Shown piece after piece: positions 1-8,091 of a DNA stretch of 32,000 bases. The notes under the pieces are model-generated. The model saw only the letters and a list, made by a program, of their open reading frames with translations, had not been told where the DNA came from and did not search any database. Position 1 is the first letter of the stretch; each line of letters starts with the position of its first letter. The translations under genes and the position numbers were made by a program. Source of the stretch: Candidatus Pacearchaeota archaeon (GTDB lineage: Archaea; Nanobdellota; Nanobdellia; Pacearchaeales; GW2011-AR1); contig JAIFVW010000002.1 in the NCBI GenBank assembly GCA_019662115.1, forward strand, positions 1 through 32,000, given 5' to 3'.

Positions 1-35
1 AAACCTTATAAACGCTATTTCTTCCCTATTCATGA

Positions 36-108
36 AGCCCCTTAGTCTAGTGGTCAAGGACGATGGCCTTTGGCGCCGTAAACCCCGGTTCGAATCCGGG
101 AGGGGCTA
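36..108 (+). tRNA. tRNA-Gln (anticodon TTG)
   Basis: Cloverleaf folded by hand. Acceptor AGCCCCT/AGGGGCT (A1:U72, typical of archaeal tRNA-Gln). D-arm GTCT/GGAC. Anticodon stem ATGGC/GCCGT with loop CT-TTG-GC. T-arm CCCGG-TTCGAAT-CCGGG. Discriminator A; no encoded CCA. Confidence 0.9.
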
Positions 109-142
109 TATAATTATAAAGAATAAAAGAGATTTTGTTCTA

Positions 143-700
143 CTAGGCTTCAATCTTTTTAACTTCAGGAACAACTGCAAATATCCTTATCTCGCAAAGG
201 GCGAGAGGATAAATCTTCTTGAGCTTTAAGGAAAGCTCTTTCTGGATCTTATTTGTCATGATTTCCGTGAACAATTCCTGCATTGTTCTTGTCTTGAAAT
301 ATCCCTCAAGGTGTTGCTTTGTGGCAACTCTCAATGAATTCCTAACAGCTCTTGAAACCTTGTTTCTTGTAAGCATGAACGGCTTTACTCTTGCCTTTCC
401 ATCTCTGCATTCAGCATCAAAAGAATCCTCAACATAATCAGTTCCTCTTCTCATCATTCTTCGGATGTAGGAACCCATAAGCTCAAGGCTCATTGGCTCG
501 GCAGTCAATATCTCTCCATCAGCCTTAATCCTAAATTTCATCTCAATGCTCTTTCCTCTCAAGCTTCGAGTAAGGTCAAGCTTCACAGTCTTTCCGTTAA
601 GCTCTGCAGGCTCTGAGCCATAAAGAACAATCTTTGCAGATGTAAGAGGCGCCTTTACCTCATAGAATGATTTTTTTCCGCCTTTCTTTAGTTTTACCAT
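143..700 (-). CDS. rps3ae: 30S ribosomal protein S3Ae (eS1)
   Basis: 185 aa. N-terminus MVKLKKGGKKSFYEVKAP..., overall basic composition and length match the archaeal S3Ae family. Abuts the L44e gene. Confidence 0.88.
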   Translation of the reverse strand: MVKLKKGGKKSFYEVKAPLTSAKIVLYGSEPAELNGKTVKLDLTRSLRGKSIEMKFRIKADGEILTAEPMSLELMGSYIRRMMRRGTDYVEDSFDAECRDGKARVKPFMLTRNKVSRAVRNSLRVATKQHLEGYFKTRTMQELFTEIMTNKIQKELSLKLKKIYPLALCEIRIFAVVPEVKKIEA

Positions 701-701
701 T

Positions 702-1031
702 TTACTTTGAAATCTTATCTCCTATTTCAATTCTTGATGATCTTATTGCCTTTTTAATTCCTTTTGTCTTTCCACATGTCTTGCAAGTGTAGACAATAGC
801 GATTCTCTTTGTAACCTTAGTCTTTCTCTTCCAGTTCTTAGGAGCTTTTCTAGAATATCTTCCCTGGTTTCCATATCCAACTCTGAATCCTCGAGACATG
901 ATTCGCACGTCAGAACCTCTAGATAAAGGATGCACAGAAGATCTTGATTTTTGTTTCTGAGTCCCGACTGTTTGTAAGGTGTGTTTCTTGCAATAAGGAC
1001 AGTATCGTTTTGTCTGTTTCGGTATTTTCAT
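702..1031 (-). CDS. rpl44e: 50S ribosomal protein L44e (eL42)
   Basis: 109 aa, very basic. MKIPKQTKRYCPYCKKHT ... CKTCGK gives the two CxxC pairs of the L44e zinc ribbon. Confidence 0.85.
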   Translation of the reverse strand: MKIPKQTKRYCPYCKKHTLQTVGTQKQKSRSSVHPLSRGSDVRIMSRGFRVGYGNQGRYSRKAPKNWKRKTKVTKRIAIVYTCKTCGKTKGIKKAIRSSRIEIGDKISK

Positions 1032-1157
1032 TAATTCCAGGTCATTATGCTAGCCTCCCATTGACCAGTTAACGAGAGGGTATGCCTCGTGAAAAATCAC
1101 GTAAACTCTTAGAGAACTAACGCTTTTTAAACCTTTAGATAAGAAAATATGACCGCA

Positions 1158-1169
1158 AGCTTTTTAAGC
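1158..1169 (+). promoter_or_regulatory. TATA box/BRE for the S15-RecJ transcription unit
   Basis: gcTTTTTAAGcc is centred about 25 nt upstream of the ATG at 1190, so the mRNA is leaderless or short-leadered. Confidence 0.5.
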
Positions 1170-1189
1170 CACTAAGTCACACACTCATT

Positions 1190-1516
1190 ATGGCAGAAGA
1201 AAAAGCAACATGGGTAAAAATGAAACCCGCTGAATTAGAGAAGATAGTTGTAGAGCTTACAAAGAAAGGGGAGTCACCTGCAAAAATAGGGCTAATACTA
1301 AGGGACCAGCATGGAATTCCTAAGGCAAAACTAGTTGGCAAGAAAATAGGCAAAATAATCACCAGCCATGGACTGTCATTGAAAGCAGAAAAAGAGATTG
1401 TTCTTGAAAAAATTGAGAAAATAAAATCGCACACATCAAGAAATAAGCATGATCACGCCGCAAGCAGAGCAATTACAAAACAGCTCTGGGCTCTGCATCG
1501 GCTAGACAAGAAGTAA
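1190..1516 (+). CDS. rps15: 30S ribosomal protein S15 (uS15/S13e), shortened form
   Basis: 108 aa. The motif SPAKIGLILRDQHGIPKAKLVGKKIGKII matches the S13e-N/S15 junction region. An in-frame stop at 1139-1141 rules out a longer N-terminus. Confidence 0.85.
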   Translation: MAEEKATWVKMKPAELEKIVVELTKKGESPAKIGLILRDQHGIPKAKLVGKKIGKIITSHGLSLKAEKEIVLEKIEKIKSHTSRNKHDHAASRAITKQLWALHRLDKK

Positions 1517-1549
1517 AGAATATTTAAACTGGAACTTCTAAAAAAGAGT

Positions 1550-2857
1550 ATGATTGCCAAATTAAAAAAAGCGATAGAAAAAATTGAAGCGTCTAAAAAG
1601 CCAATTAAGATAATAAGCCACTTTGATACAGACGGTATAACTTCTGCTGCAATATTCAGCCGTGCAATGCAAAGATGGAATAAAAAATTCTCTTTGCAGA
1701 TCGTGAAAGGCCTTGAGGAGGAATTTATAAAGTCGTTGCCTGAAAGCCATCTTCTTATCTTCCTTGATCTTGCATCAGGAAGCCTTGACTATCTTAGAGA
1801 AAAGAAAACTGATGTTATAATTCTAGACCATCATGAGATAATGCAGGAAATTCCTGATAATGTCCTTATGATAAATCCTTTAGTAGAAGGCCATGAGCCT
1901 ATCTCGGGAGCGGCACTATGCTACCTTTTTGCAAAGACCCTTTCAGATCAAAATAAAGACCTTGCTAGTCTTGCAGTGATTGGAATGGTAGGAGATTCAT
2001 TTGAAAAAGACATAGGAAAAACTTACGATGAAATAATAAAAGACTCTGATACTACTGTAAAAAAAGGTCTTCTTCTCTATCCCTCTACAAGGTCTCTAGA
2101 TAGAGCATTGGAATGGTCATCCAACCCTTACATACCTGGAGTGACCGGTTCATACAAAGGAGTAATGGAGCTTCTTCGTGATGCAAACATACAGAAGAAA
2201 GACGGAAAATTCAAGGCTCTCTATGAACTTACTGAGGAAGAAATGAGTAACCTGATTACAGCAATAATGCTCAGAGCGGCAAACAGCAATATATCAGACA
2301 TGATAGGCAATCTATATTTGATTAAATTTTTCAACAAGCTTGAGGACGCCAGGGAGCTGTCGGCCCTGATAAATGCATGCAGCAGGATGGACTCCCCTTC
2401 AATTTGCCTTGGATTCTGCCTTGGAAACAAGAAAGCGAGAGAAGAGGCACAGAAAGTTTACATTGAATACAAGCAGCATCTAGTATCTGCGCTAAAATAT
2501 GTCTCAGAAACAGAAAAGATTGCAGGCAAGAATTATACTATAATAAATGCAAAAGACCAGATAAAAGACACAATAATAGGAACAGTAGCCTCGATCATTT
2601 CTCACTCTCCTGTATACACTCAAGGCACGATAATCGTGGCCCTTGCCTACAACGAAGACAAGATAAAGGTCTCTGCAAGAATAGCAGGCAAAGAAGGAAG
2701 AAATGTACGAGAGGTGCTTACAAAAGTGGTTGTTCCTATGGGTGGAGAGGTAGGAGGGCATCCTAATGCGGCAGGATGCTTGATATCTAAAGAGCAAGAA
2801 CATCAGTTCATAGAAGAATTAAGAAAAGTGCTTGATATTGAGCTTGTAAAAGTTTAA
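1550..2857 (+). CDS. DHH/DHHA1 phosphoesterase, archaeal RecJ/GAN (Cdc45-like) family
   Basis: 435 aa. DHH motifs present: HFDTDG, LDLAS, ILDHH, GMVGD. DHHA1 motif GGHPNAAG present. Position next to rps15 is conserved in archaea. Confidence 0.8.
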   Translation: MIAKLKKAIEKIEASKKPIKIISHFDTDGITSAAIFSRAMQRWNKKFSLQIVKGLEEEFIKSLPESHLLIFLDLASGSLDYLREKKTDVIILDHHEIMQEIPDNVLMINPLVEGHEPISGAALCYLFAKTLSDQNKDLASLAVIGMVGDSFEKDIGKTYDEIIKDSDTTVKKGLLLYPSTRSLDRALEWSSNPYIPGVTGSYKGVMELLRDANIQKKDGKFKALYELTEEEMSNLITAIMLRAANSNISDMIGNLYLIKFFNKLEDARELSALINACSRMDSPSICLGFCLGNKKAREEAQKVYIEYKQHLVSALKYVSETEKIAGKNYTIINAKDQIKDTIIGTVASIISHSPVYTQGTIIVALAYNEDKIKVSARIAGKEGRNVREVLTKVVVPMGGEVGGHPNAAGCLISKEQEHQFIEELRKVLDIELVKV

Positions 2858-2881
2858 AAGACAGGCTTAACACTAATTTTT

Positions 2882-3049
2882 ATGGCAAAAACAAAATTCC
2901 TTAAGATTGCATGTCCTAGATGCGGAAAGAAACAGATAGTGTATGGAAAGTCATCAAGCCGAGTTAAATGCACTAATTGCAACAAGCTTCTTATTCAACC
3001 CACCGGAGGAAAAACAAAAATAAGAGCAGAGGTGAAGGAAGTACTATGA
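2882..3049 (+). CDS. rps27e: 30S ribosomal protein S27e (eS27)
   Basis: 55-aa ORF missing from the track: MAKTKFLKIACPRCGKKQIVYGKSSSRVKCTNCNKLLIQPTGGKTKIRAEVKEVL. C4 zinc ribbon (CPRC...CTNC). Its TGA overlaps the next ATG (ATGA). Confidence 0.85.
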   Translation: MAKTKFLKIACPRCGKKQIVYGKSSSRVKCTNCNKLLIQPTGGKTKIRAEVKEVL

Positions 3050-3744
3050 AACTTAAAGAAGATGATGTAGTTATGTGCACCGTCCGAGCTATTGAAGGGA
3101 CAACAGTATTTCTAGACATAGAGGGGAATGGAAAGGGAAGCATGGTAATGTCAGAAGTGGCTGCAGGAAGGATAAGAAACCTAAGAGAATATGTCTCCCC
3201 AAACAAAAAGATAGTATGTAAGATACTAAAAATATCCCCTAGCCAGGTTGAATTAAGCTTGCGTAGAGTTACTGGAAAAGAAAGGGAAGAGGTTATCAAC
3301 AAGTTCAAGAAAGAGCAGACTTTTGCCGGAATGTTAAAGCCGGTTGTAAGTGAACCTGCTAAAATCATTGAAAAAATAAAGGAAAGTCATGATCTAGGAG
3401 AGTTCATGGACGAAGCAAGAGAAAATCCTAAAATACTTATTGCATTCATGAAGAAAGAGGAGGCTGACAAGCTTTCAAAAATCCTATCGGAGAAGAAGGA
3501 GAAAGCAAAAGAGGCAAGAAATATAATAACCATAAAGACAGATTCTGAATCTGGAATCAATGATATAAAGCACGTTCTTGCAGTGCCTGAAGTTGAGATA
3601 AAATATCTTGGCTCCTCACAATTTCTTGTAACTACCTCTGCAAAAGACTTCAAGGAAGCAAATACAAAAATAAGCAATGCCCTTGAAGAGATAGAAAAAA
3701 GGGCAAAGGAAAAGAAAGTCTTATTTGAACTCAAGGAAAAATGA
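3046..3744 (+). CDS. Translation initiation factor aIF2 alpha subunit
   Basis: S1/OB N-terminal domain (MKLKEDDVVMCTVRAIEGTTVFLDIEG...SMVMSEVAAGRIRNLREYV). The start is moved to the ATG at 3046, overlapping the S27e stop; the track start at 2977 runs through the S27e gene. S27e-aIF2a-Nop10 order is canonical in archaea. Confidence 0.8.
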   Translation: MKLKEDDVVMCTVRAIEGTTVFLDIEGNGKGSMVMSEVAAGRIRNLREYVSPNKKIVCKILKISPSQVELSLRRVTGKEREEVINKFKKEQTFAGMLKPVVSEPAKIIEKIKESHDLGEFMDEARENPKILIAFMKKEEADKLSKILSEKKEKAKEARNIITIKTDSESGINDIKHVLAVPEVEIKYLGSSQFLVTTSAKDFKEANTKISNALEEIEKRAKEKKVLFELKEK

Positions 3745-3869
3745 AGCTAAGATATTACATTAAGAACAATAAGAAAGCGTACACATTAAAAGAAGAAGTA
3801 GAAAAGGAAAAGACGAAAGATGCGCATTATAAGTTCATCAAATTAAGAGATGCTCCAAAGTCAAAATAA
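3741..3869 (+). CDS. Nop10-like H/ACA RNP protein (divergent, cysteine-free)
   Basis: 42-aa ORF missing from the track: MKLRYYIKNNKKAYTLKEEVEKEKTKDAHYKFIKLRDAPKSK. ATGA overlap with the aIF2a stop. The position after aIF2a and the K.AYTLK...AH..F pattern resemble Nop10. Confidence 0.5.
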   Translation: MKLRYYIKNNKKAYTLKEEVEKEKTKDAHYKFIKLRDAPKSK

Positions 3870-4436
3870 AGTCTTCTGAGAAACTTCCTTCTTGACAATC
3901 TCCATGTCTTTTTCCCATAAAGTCACAAGAGAACGATTATAGATTATAGCTGCAGGATGAAAAAGAGGGATAAGTTTTATCTTTAAGCCCTCAAAATCAA
4001 TTACCTTTGGTTTTCCATGCACCTGTGTAATTCCAGGCTGGGAATCCATCTGATCGACATTCCCTCCTGCAAGGAAGAATTTTGTGGCATAATTTCCTAA
4101 GGAACAAACAACTTTAGGCTTCATCCCCCTTATTTGCTTTCTAAGCCAGGGAGTATGTGCTCTTATCTCTTCAGGGCTTGGATTCCTATTTTCAGGGGGC
4201 CTACATTTTAATATATTGGTGATGTATATATCATTAAGGCTAAGTCCAACCTCTGCCAATAGTTTATCTAGATTCTTTCCAGCAGCACCTACAAAAGGCA
4301 ATCCCTGCTCATCTTCATTTCTTCCCGGAGCCTCCCCTACAAAAAGTATTCCTGCATTTTCATTTCCCTTCCCAACTACAATATTCTTGCATTGCCTGCA
4401 TATGTCTGTGTTTTTGGCAAGCTCAATCTCATCCAT
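3861..4436 (-). CDS. Uracil-DNA glycosylase, family 4-like
   Basis: 191 aa. Matching motifs: CRQC, GILFVGEAPGRNEDEQGLPFVGAAGKNL, ITNILKCRPPENRNP, LFHPAA. Confidence 0.8.
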   Translation of the reverse strand: MDEIELAKNTDICRQCKNIVVGKGNENAGILFVGEAPGRNEDEQGLPFVGAAGKNLDKLLAEVGLSLNDIYITNILKCRPPENRNPSPEEIRAHTPWLRKQIRGMKPKVVCSLGNYATKFFLAGGNVDQMDSQPGITQVHGKPKVIDFEGLKIKLIPLFHPAAIIYNRSLVTLWEKDMEIVKKEVSQKTLF

Positions 4437-4485
4437 TATAAATATACAATCAAAGAATTAATAAATCCCTGCTCCCTCTAACAAT

Positions 4486-4878
4486 ATGGACAAAGTAATG
4501 CATTTTGAGATCCCGGCAGATGATGTTGAAAGAGCAAGGAAATTTTATTCCTCTATTTTTGGATGGAAAATGAATTTTGTACCCAATATGGAATATACAA
4601 TACTTCATACAGGCCCTACAGACAAAAAGGGAATGGTGGAGGAAAAAGCATTCATCAACGGTGGCATGCTTAAGCGTCAAGGCTGTATACAGTCTCCTGT
4701 AATTACAATTGTAGTTGATAACATAAAAGAAGCCATGGAAAAAGTAAAGAAAGGACATGGCCATATCCTTAAAGAACCAGAAAAAGTCGGAGATATGGGT
4801 CTTTCAGCGTACTTCAAAGATACTGAGGGTAATGTTCTTGGGCTGTGGCAGCCTTTAATGAATCCTGGGCAACAATAA
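4486..4878 (+). CDS. VOC (glyoxalase/bleomycin-resistance) family protein
   Basis: 130 aa. HFEIPADDVERARKFYSSIFGW ... FKDTEGNVLGLWQP is typical of small VOC proteins. Confidence 0.7.
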   Translation: MDKVMHFEIPADDVERARKFYSSIFGWKMNFVPNMEYTILHTGPTDKKGMVEEKAFINGGMLKRQGCIQSPVITIVVDNIKEAMEKVKKGHGHILKEPEKVGDMGLSAYFKDTEGNVLGLWQPLMNPGQQ

Positions 4879-4909
4879 TCTTTAAAACCAGTCATTTCCA
4901 GATTCCTCT

Positions 4910-5479
4910 ATGCAAGAAAGAACTCTAATTTTAATCAAACCTGATGGAGTAGTTCGAGGATTGATAGGAAGAATAATCGGCAGATTTGAGGAGACAGGTC
5001 TTAAGATTGTAGGAATGAAAATGGCCTGGGCAGATGAAAAGCTAGCAAAAAGCCATTACTATCTTGATGAGAACTGGGCAAAGAATGTATTCGAAAAAAC
5101 AAAGTCTACCCATGAAAAGGAAGGAAGGCAGTTCAATTTCAAGGATCATATGGAATACGGTGGAATGATACAGAAGTGGAATATGAACTTCCTTAGAGAG
5201 GGCCCTGTTATAGCAGCAGTCATTGAAGGTCCTCATGCCATCGAGATTGTAAGAAAAATGATAGGCAACACTGAGCCCAAACAGGCATCTCCAGGAACAA
5301 TAAGAGGAGATTTTGCTATGAGAGAGTCGTATGAAGTTGCAAATACAAAACAGAGGGTGCTTAGAAATCTGGCTCATGCCTCAGATTCTCCAGAGACTGC
5401 AAATAGGGAAATTTCTCTCTGGTTCAAGCCTGAAGAGCTTCATTCTTATAAAACACTACACGATTCACTGGCGGAATGA
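4910..5479 (+). CDS. ndk: Nucleoside diphosphate kinase with an internal insertion
   Basis: ERTLILIKPDGV, GPVIAAVIEGPHAIEIVRKMIGNT, PGTIRGDF and N..HASDS are present. At 189 aa it is longer than the usual ~150 aa. Confidence 0.88.
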   Translation: MQERTLILIKPDGVVRGLIGRIIGRFEETGLKIVGMKMAWADEKLAKSHYYLDENWAKNVFEKTKSTHEKEGRQFNFKDHMEYGGMIQKWNMNFLREGPVIAAVIEGPHAIEIVRKMIGNTEPKQASPGTIRGDFAMRESYEVANTKQRVLRNLAHASDSPETANREISLWFKPEELHSYKTLHDSLAE

Positions 5480-5850
5480 GCAAGAAAAACAAAAAATCAG
5501 CACATCTTCAACCTTCTGATATTTCAAGACGAGTAGAAGATCTATTCAGAGCAATGGAAATAAACCATGAAGATCGTGTATTTACTTATCAAGCTCATAC
5601 TCATGCAGGTGCAAACGAAAGGCTTGACACACTAACGATGTTAGTAAAAAGCATGTCCTTCGCCTATGTAAGAACCAAAAAAGATTATGAATGTGAATCA
5701 ATGTATAATAGCCACCTAAGAGAAAAAAATCAATCACAGTACAAAAAACTAGTTCAATATGAATTGGATCTTCAAACGAAAAACGCACAAGAAGCAAGGT
5801 TTCTCCAAACAATAAGCGAGCTAAGAAAAAAACAAAAAGTCAATAATTAA
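5476..5850 (+). CDS. Hypothetical protein (basic, helical C-terminus)
   Basis: 124-aa ORF whose ATG overlaps the ndk stop (ATGA). I recognise no family. Confidence 0.5.
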   Translation: MSKKNKKSAHLQPSDISRRVEDLFRAMEINHEDRVFTYQAHTHAGANERLDTLTMLVKSMSFAYVRTKKDYECESMYNSHLREKNQSQYKKLVQYELDLQTKNAQEARFLQTISELRKKQKVNN

Positions 5851-5882
5851 CTCTAAAAAGCCTCTCAATCTTTAATTTCTAA

Positions 5883-5954
5883 GCCCCTATAGTTTAATGG
5901 ATAGAATGCGGCCTTGCGGAGGCTGCGATCGAGGTTCAATTCCTCGTAGGGGCG
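5883..5954 (+). tRNA. tRNA-Arg (anticodon GCG)
   Basis: Hand-folded. Acceptor GCCCCTA/TAGGGGC. Anticodon stem CGGCC/GGCTG with loop TT-GCG-GA. T-arm CGAGG-TTCAATT-CCTCG. Discriminator G; no CCA. Confidence 0.88.
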
Positions 5955-6344
5955 TTATCTTTTGTAAGCCCTATCAAAAGGTATAACTTCACCTTGGACA
6001 GCCATAAGCTCGGGACTAACATATTTGAATAGATACTCTTCATTGTATAAAAATCTGTAAATAAGGCAATTGTCATTAGTAGGTTCATCCATGGCAATAA
6101 ATTCTATTCCATCAAGATAGAGATCCATAAATTGCTCATATGATACCTCTACACACTCGTCAAATTCTAGAACTCCATTTTTGACTTTTCTGTCTATCTT
6201 GTTTAAGAGAGACCTATTCCTACTTTTTCTTTCCCTGCTTTCCTGCCTAAGATCAAGAATATATAATTCATGCCTACGCCTTTCAGCATTATCATTTATC
6301 AAATCTCCTATAAATTTTCTCCATTCTTCAAGCCCATCTGACAT
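5955..6344 (-). CDS. Hypothetical protein
   Basis: 129-aa ORF whose stop codon abuts the tRNA-Arg 3' end. I recognise no motif. Confidence 0.45.
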   Translation of the reverse strand: MSDGLEEWRKFIGDLINDNAERRRHELYILDLRQESRERKSRNRSLLNKIDRKVKNGVLEFDECVEVSYEQFMDLYLDGIEFIAMDEPTNDNCLIYRFLYNEEYLFKYVSPELMAVQGEVIPFDRAYKR

Positions 6345-6513
6345 AAGATAAGCATCCCAGACTTATTTTTAAGGATTATTATACTTAAAAAGACGTTATA
6401 TGCCGCGTAAAAACATATAAAATATAGTCCTGGAAATCGAAACCCCTGTAGTGTAGTGATTAAAAAGAAGTAACAAAAGAAAGGTTTATAAATGAAATAT
6501 TCGACCACACGGC

Positions 6514-7539
6514 ATGAAGAGATCGTACTTAAGCGCACTGATTATAGGTATTATTCTAGTTGTAATCTTGCTCGGATTGTATGGAGCAAACAATAAATTC
6601 AGGATTACTGCAAATGCAATTTTAGGATTTGGGTCTCCAGTTGAAAGCAACGCAACCCAAAACTCAACCAATTTAAGCTCACAATTGCCTCCTGCTGAAA
6701 ATAAGACAAAATCAAACAGCTTTGTTGAAACTTCAGCAAGCACTGCTAGTTCTGGAGGATCCTCAAGCTCTTCTTCAGACACTCAAATCAATGTTCAAGA
6801 AACAATTCCACTTCAATCTCCTCTTAATTTAGTTGCTACAGCAACTGGCAGTAGAATAATTAGTTTAGCATGGGAGAACAATGATACTGCTTATAACATT
6901 ATAATTGAAAGAAGCTCAGGTTCTCAAGTTGAACAGATTGCAGTCACTGATGGTTCATCTTCAACATACAATGACTCTAATCTTGCTCCTGAAACAAGCT
7001 ATACTTACAAAGTTATTGCAATCCGTGGAGGAGAAAACGCTGGCTCAAATCACGCAGAGGCAACAACCTGGATGCTTGGAGACCTGAACAATGATGGCTC
7101 TGTCACAATATCTGACTTTATCGACTTGTGTGCTCTTTACATGAAAATAAATACAACTGAAGGCTTCAATCCGAATGCAGACATGAATAATGATGGAATC
7201 ATCAACATGACTGACTTTAACATGATGAATTCAGCTTTCAATGGAATAGATCCTCTTTTGACCGAACTTGGAGATATTAATGGAGACCATTCAGTTTCAA
7301 TCTCCGATTTCATTGACCTAGCAGCAAGCATTGGAACACATCAAGAGGATACCCCAACAGATGAGGATGTGAAAAACGGCTATGTATATAGAGCAGAAGC
7401 AGACTTAAACTCGGACCGAGTAATAGATATTATAGACTTTGCAATGTTCAAGTATATTTTTGAGCACAAAACAATGCCTCCTAGTCCTATACCTACAACA
7501 CCTCACCACCCTCCACGCCCAGACCCTCTTATCCCATAA
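6514..7539 (+). CDS. Secreted/anchored protein: signal-anchor, Ser-rich linker, FN3 domain, two dockerin type I modules, Pro-rich tail
   Basis: N-terminal TM segment LSALIIGIILVVILLGL. FN3-like segment PLNLVATATGSRIISLAWEN...TSYTYKVIAI. Four Ca-loop repeats: GDLNNDGSVTISDFIDL, ADMNNDGIINMTDFNMM, GDINGDHSVSISDFIDL, ADLNSDRVIDIIDFAMF. TATA box (ggTTTATAAAtg) about 25 nt upstream. Confidence 0.75.
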   Translation: MKRSYLSALIIGIILVVILLGLYGANNKFRITANAILGFGSPVESNATQNSTNLSSQLPPAENKTKSNSFVETSASTASSGGSSSSSSDTQINVQETIPLQSPLNLVATATGSRIISLAWENNDTAYNIIIERSSGSQVEQIAVTDGSSSTYNDSNLAPETSYTYKVIAIRGGENAGSNHAEATTWMLGDLNNDGSVTISDFIDLCALYMKINTTEGFNPNADMNNDGIINMTDFNMMNSAFNGIDPLLTELGDINGDHSVSISDFIDLAASIGTHQEDTPTDEDVKNGYVYRAEADLNSDRVIDIIDFAMFKYIFEHKTMPPSPIPTTPHHPPRPDPLIP

Positions 7540-7545
7540 GTATTC

Positions 7546-8091
7546 TTAGAACCCTTCTAGTATTATATAAGAATTATTTCCTGCTCTATGATTGATATAC
7601 TGGATAAATGAATTCATGTCTTTTCTCTTATCCACCAAACAAAAACTATTGTCCTCAGGAGCAAAGACCAAAGGTTCATCACTTCCTGTATAGACCTTAT
7701 TCCCTCCCCACGCAGAATCCCAAGGGGGAGAGATTACATAGAAAAACTCTATTTTTTTCCCGCTAAGTTCGGAGTCATGAATTAATGTATAATCTCTATG
7801 TCCGTATCCTCGTATGTTAAACTGCATCTTAACTGTCTTTCCTATAATTGCAGAAATTAATTCACTAAGTTGTTTAGATAAATCTTTAACAATTTTAATC
7901 TGATTATATTGGCGGAAAGAGAATCTATCAGGGACCTTTTCTCCCTTTCCTTCTTGTTTCTTTATATCTTCCAGAAGTTTGTTATGCACGTCTCTAGTTA
8001 AAAAGTTAGGAAGCTTAATCATTCCATTTTCCCTGAAGCTCTGCTTCATCTGCTCTTTCACTTCACTATTCAAATAAATCGGATTGATCAT
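7546..8091 (-). CDS. 2OG-Fe(II) oxygenase fold protein, paralog of the upstream gene (OGFOD1/Tpa1 C-terminal-domain position)
   Basis: Start moved to the ATG at 8091, which overlaps the upstream TAA (TAATG); the track's 8103 start is a GTG. Matching motifs: LIHDSELSGKKIEFFYVISPPWDSAWGG and a distal INHR. Confidence 0.65.
   Translation of the reverse strand: MINPIYLNSEVKEQMKQSFRENGMIKLPNFLTRDVHNKLLEDIKKQEGKGEKVPDRFSFRQYNQIKIVKDLSKQLSELISAIIGKTVKMQFNIRGYGHRDYTLIHDSELSGKKIEFFYVISPPWDSAWGGNKVYTGSDEPLVFAPEDNSFCLVDKRKDMNSFIQYINHRAGNNSYIILEGF

Noticed and set aside
1032-1189. The 158-nt gap between the divergent L44e and S15 genes as a possible small RNA gene (C/D or H/ACA) or leader.
   Set aside because: I found no RUGAUGA/CUGA box pairs, no ACA-terminated hairpin-pocket structure, and only a weak 4-bp stem. 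It is more simply two divergent promoters, with TTTAAAAAG-type boxes around 1118-1130 and at 1161-1168, and a longer L44e leader.
2977-3045. Track-predicted N-terminal extensions. These cover aIF2a from 2977, the platform gene from 18690, the membrane protein from 26181, the PRC-barrel gene from 26203, and pilin-like ORFs from 17622, 16158 and 14692.
   Set aside because: The extensions overlap neighbouring genes or promoter TATA boxes, or use GTG/TTG codons upstream of a well-placed ATG. Downstream starts give canonical N-termini (an S1 domain, class III signal peptides) and ATGA couplings.
5955-6513. tRNA-Arg 3' flank as an integration site for a small mobile island; the hypothetical 129-aa gene abuts the tRNA.
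   Set aside because: There is no integrase, I found no direct repeat of the tRNA 3' end downstream, and the segment holds only one ORF.
6308-6782. Minus-strand ORFs 6308-6538 and 6486-6782 around the dockerin gene start.
   Set aside because: They overlap the promoter and 5' end of the well-supported FN3-dockerin gene and the 5' end of the 129-aa ORF. Their translations are low-complexity with no recognisable features.
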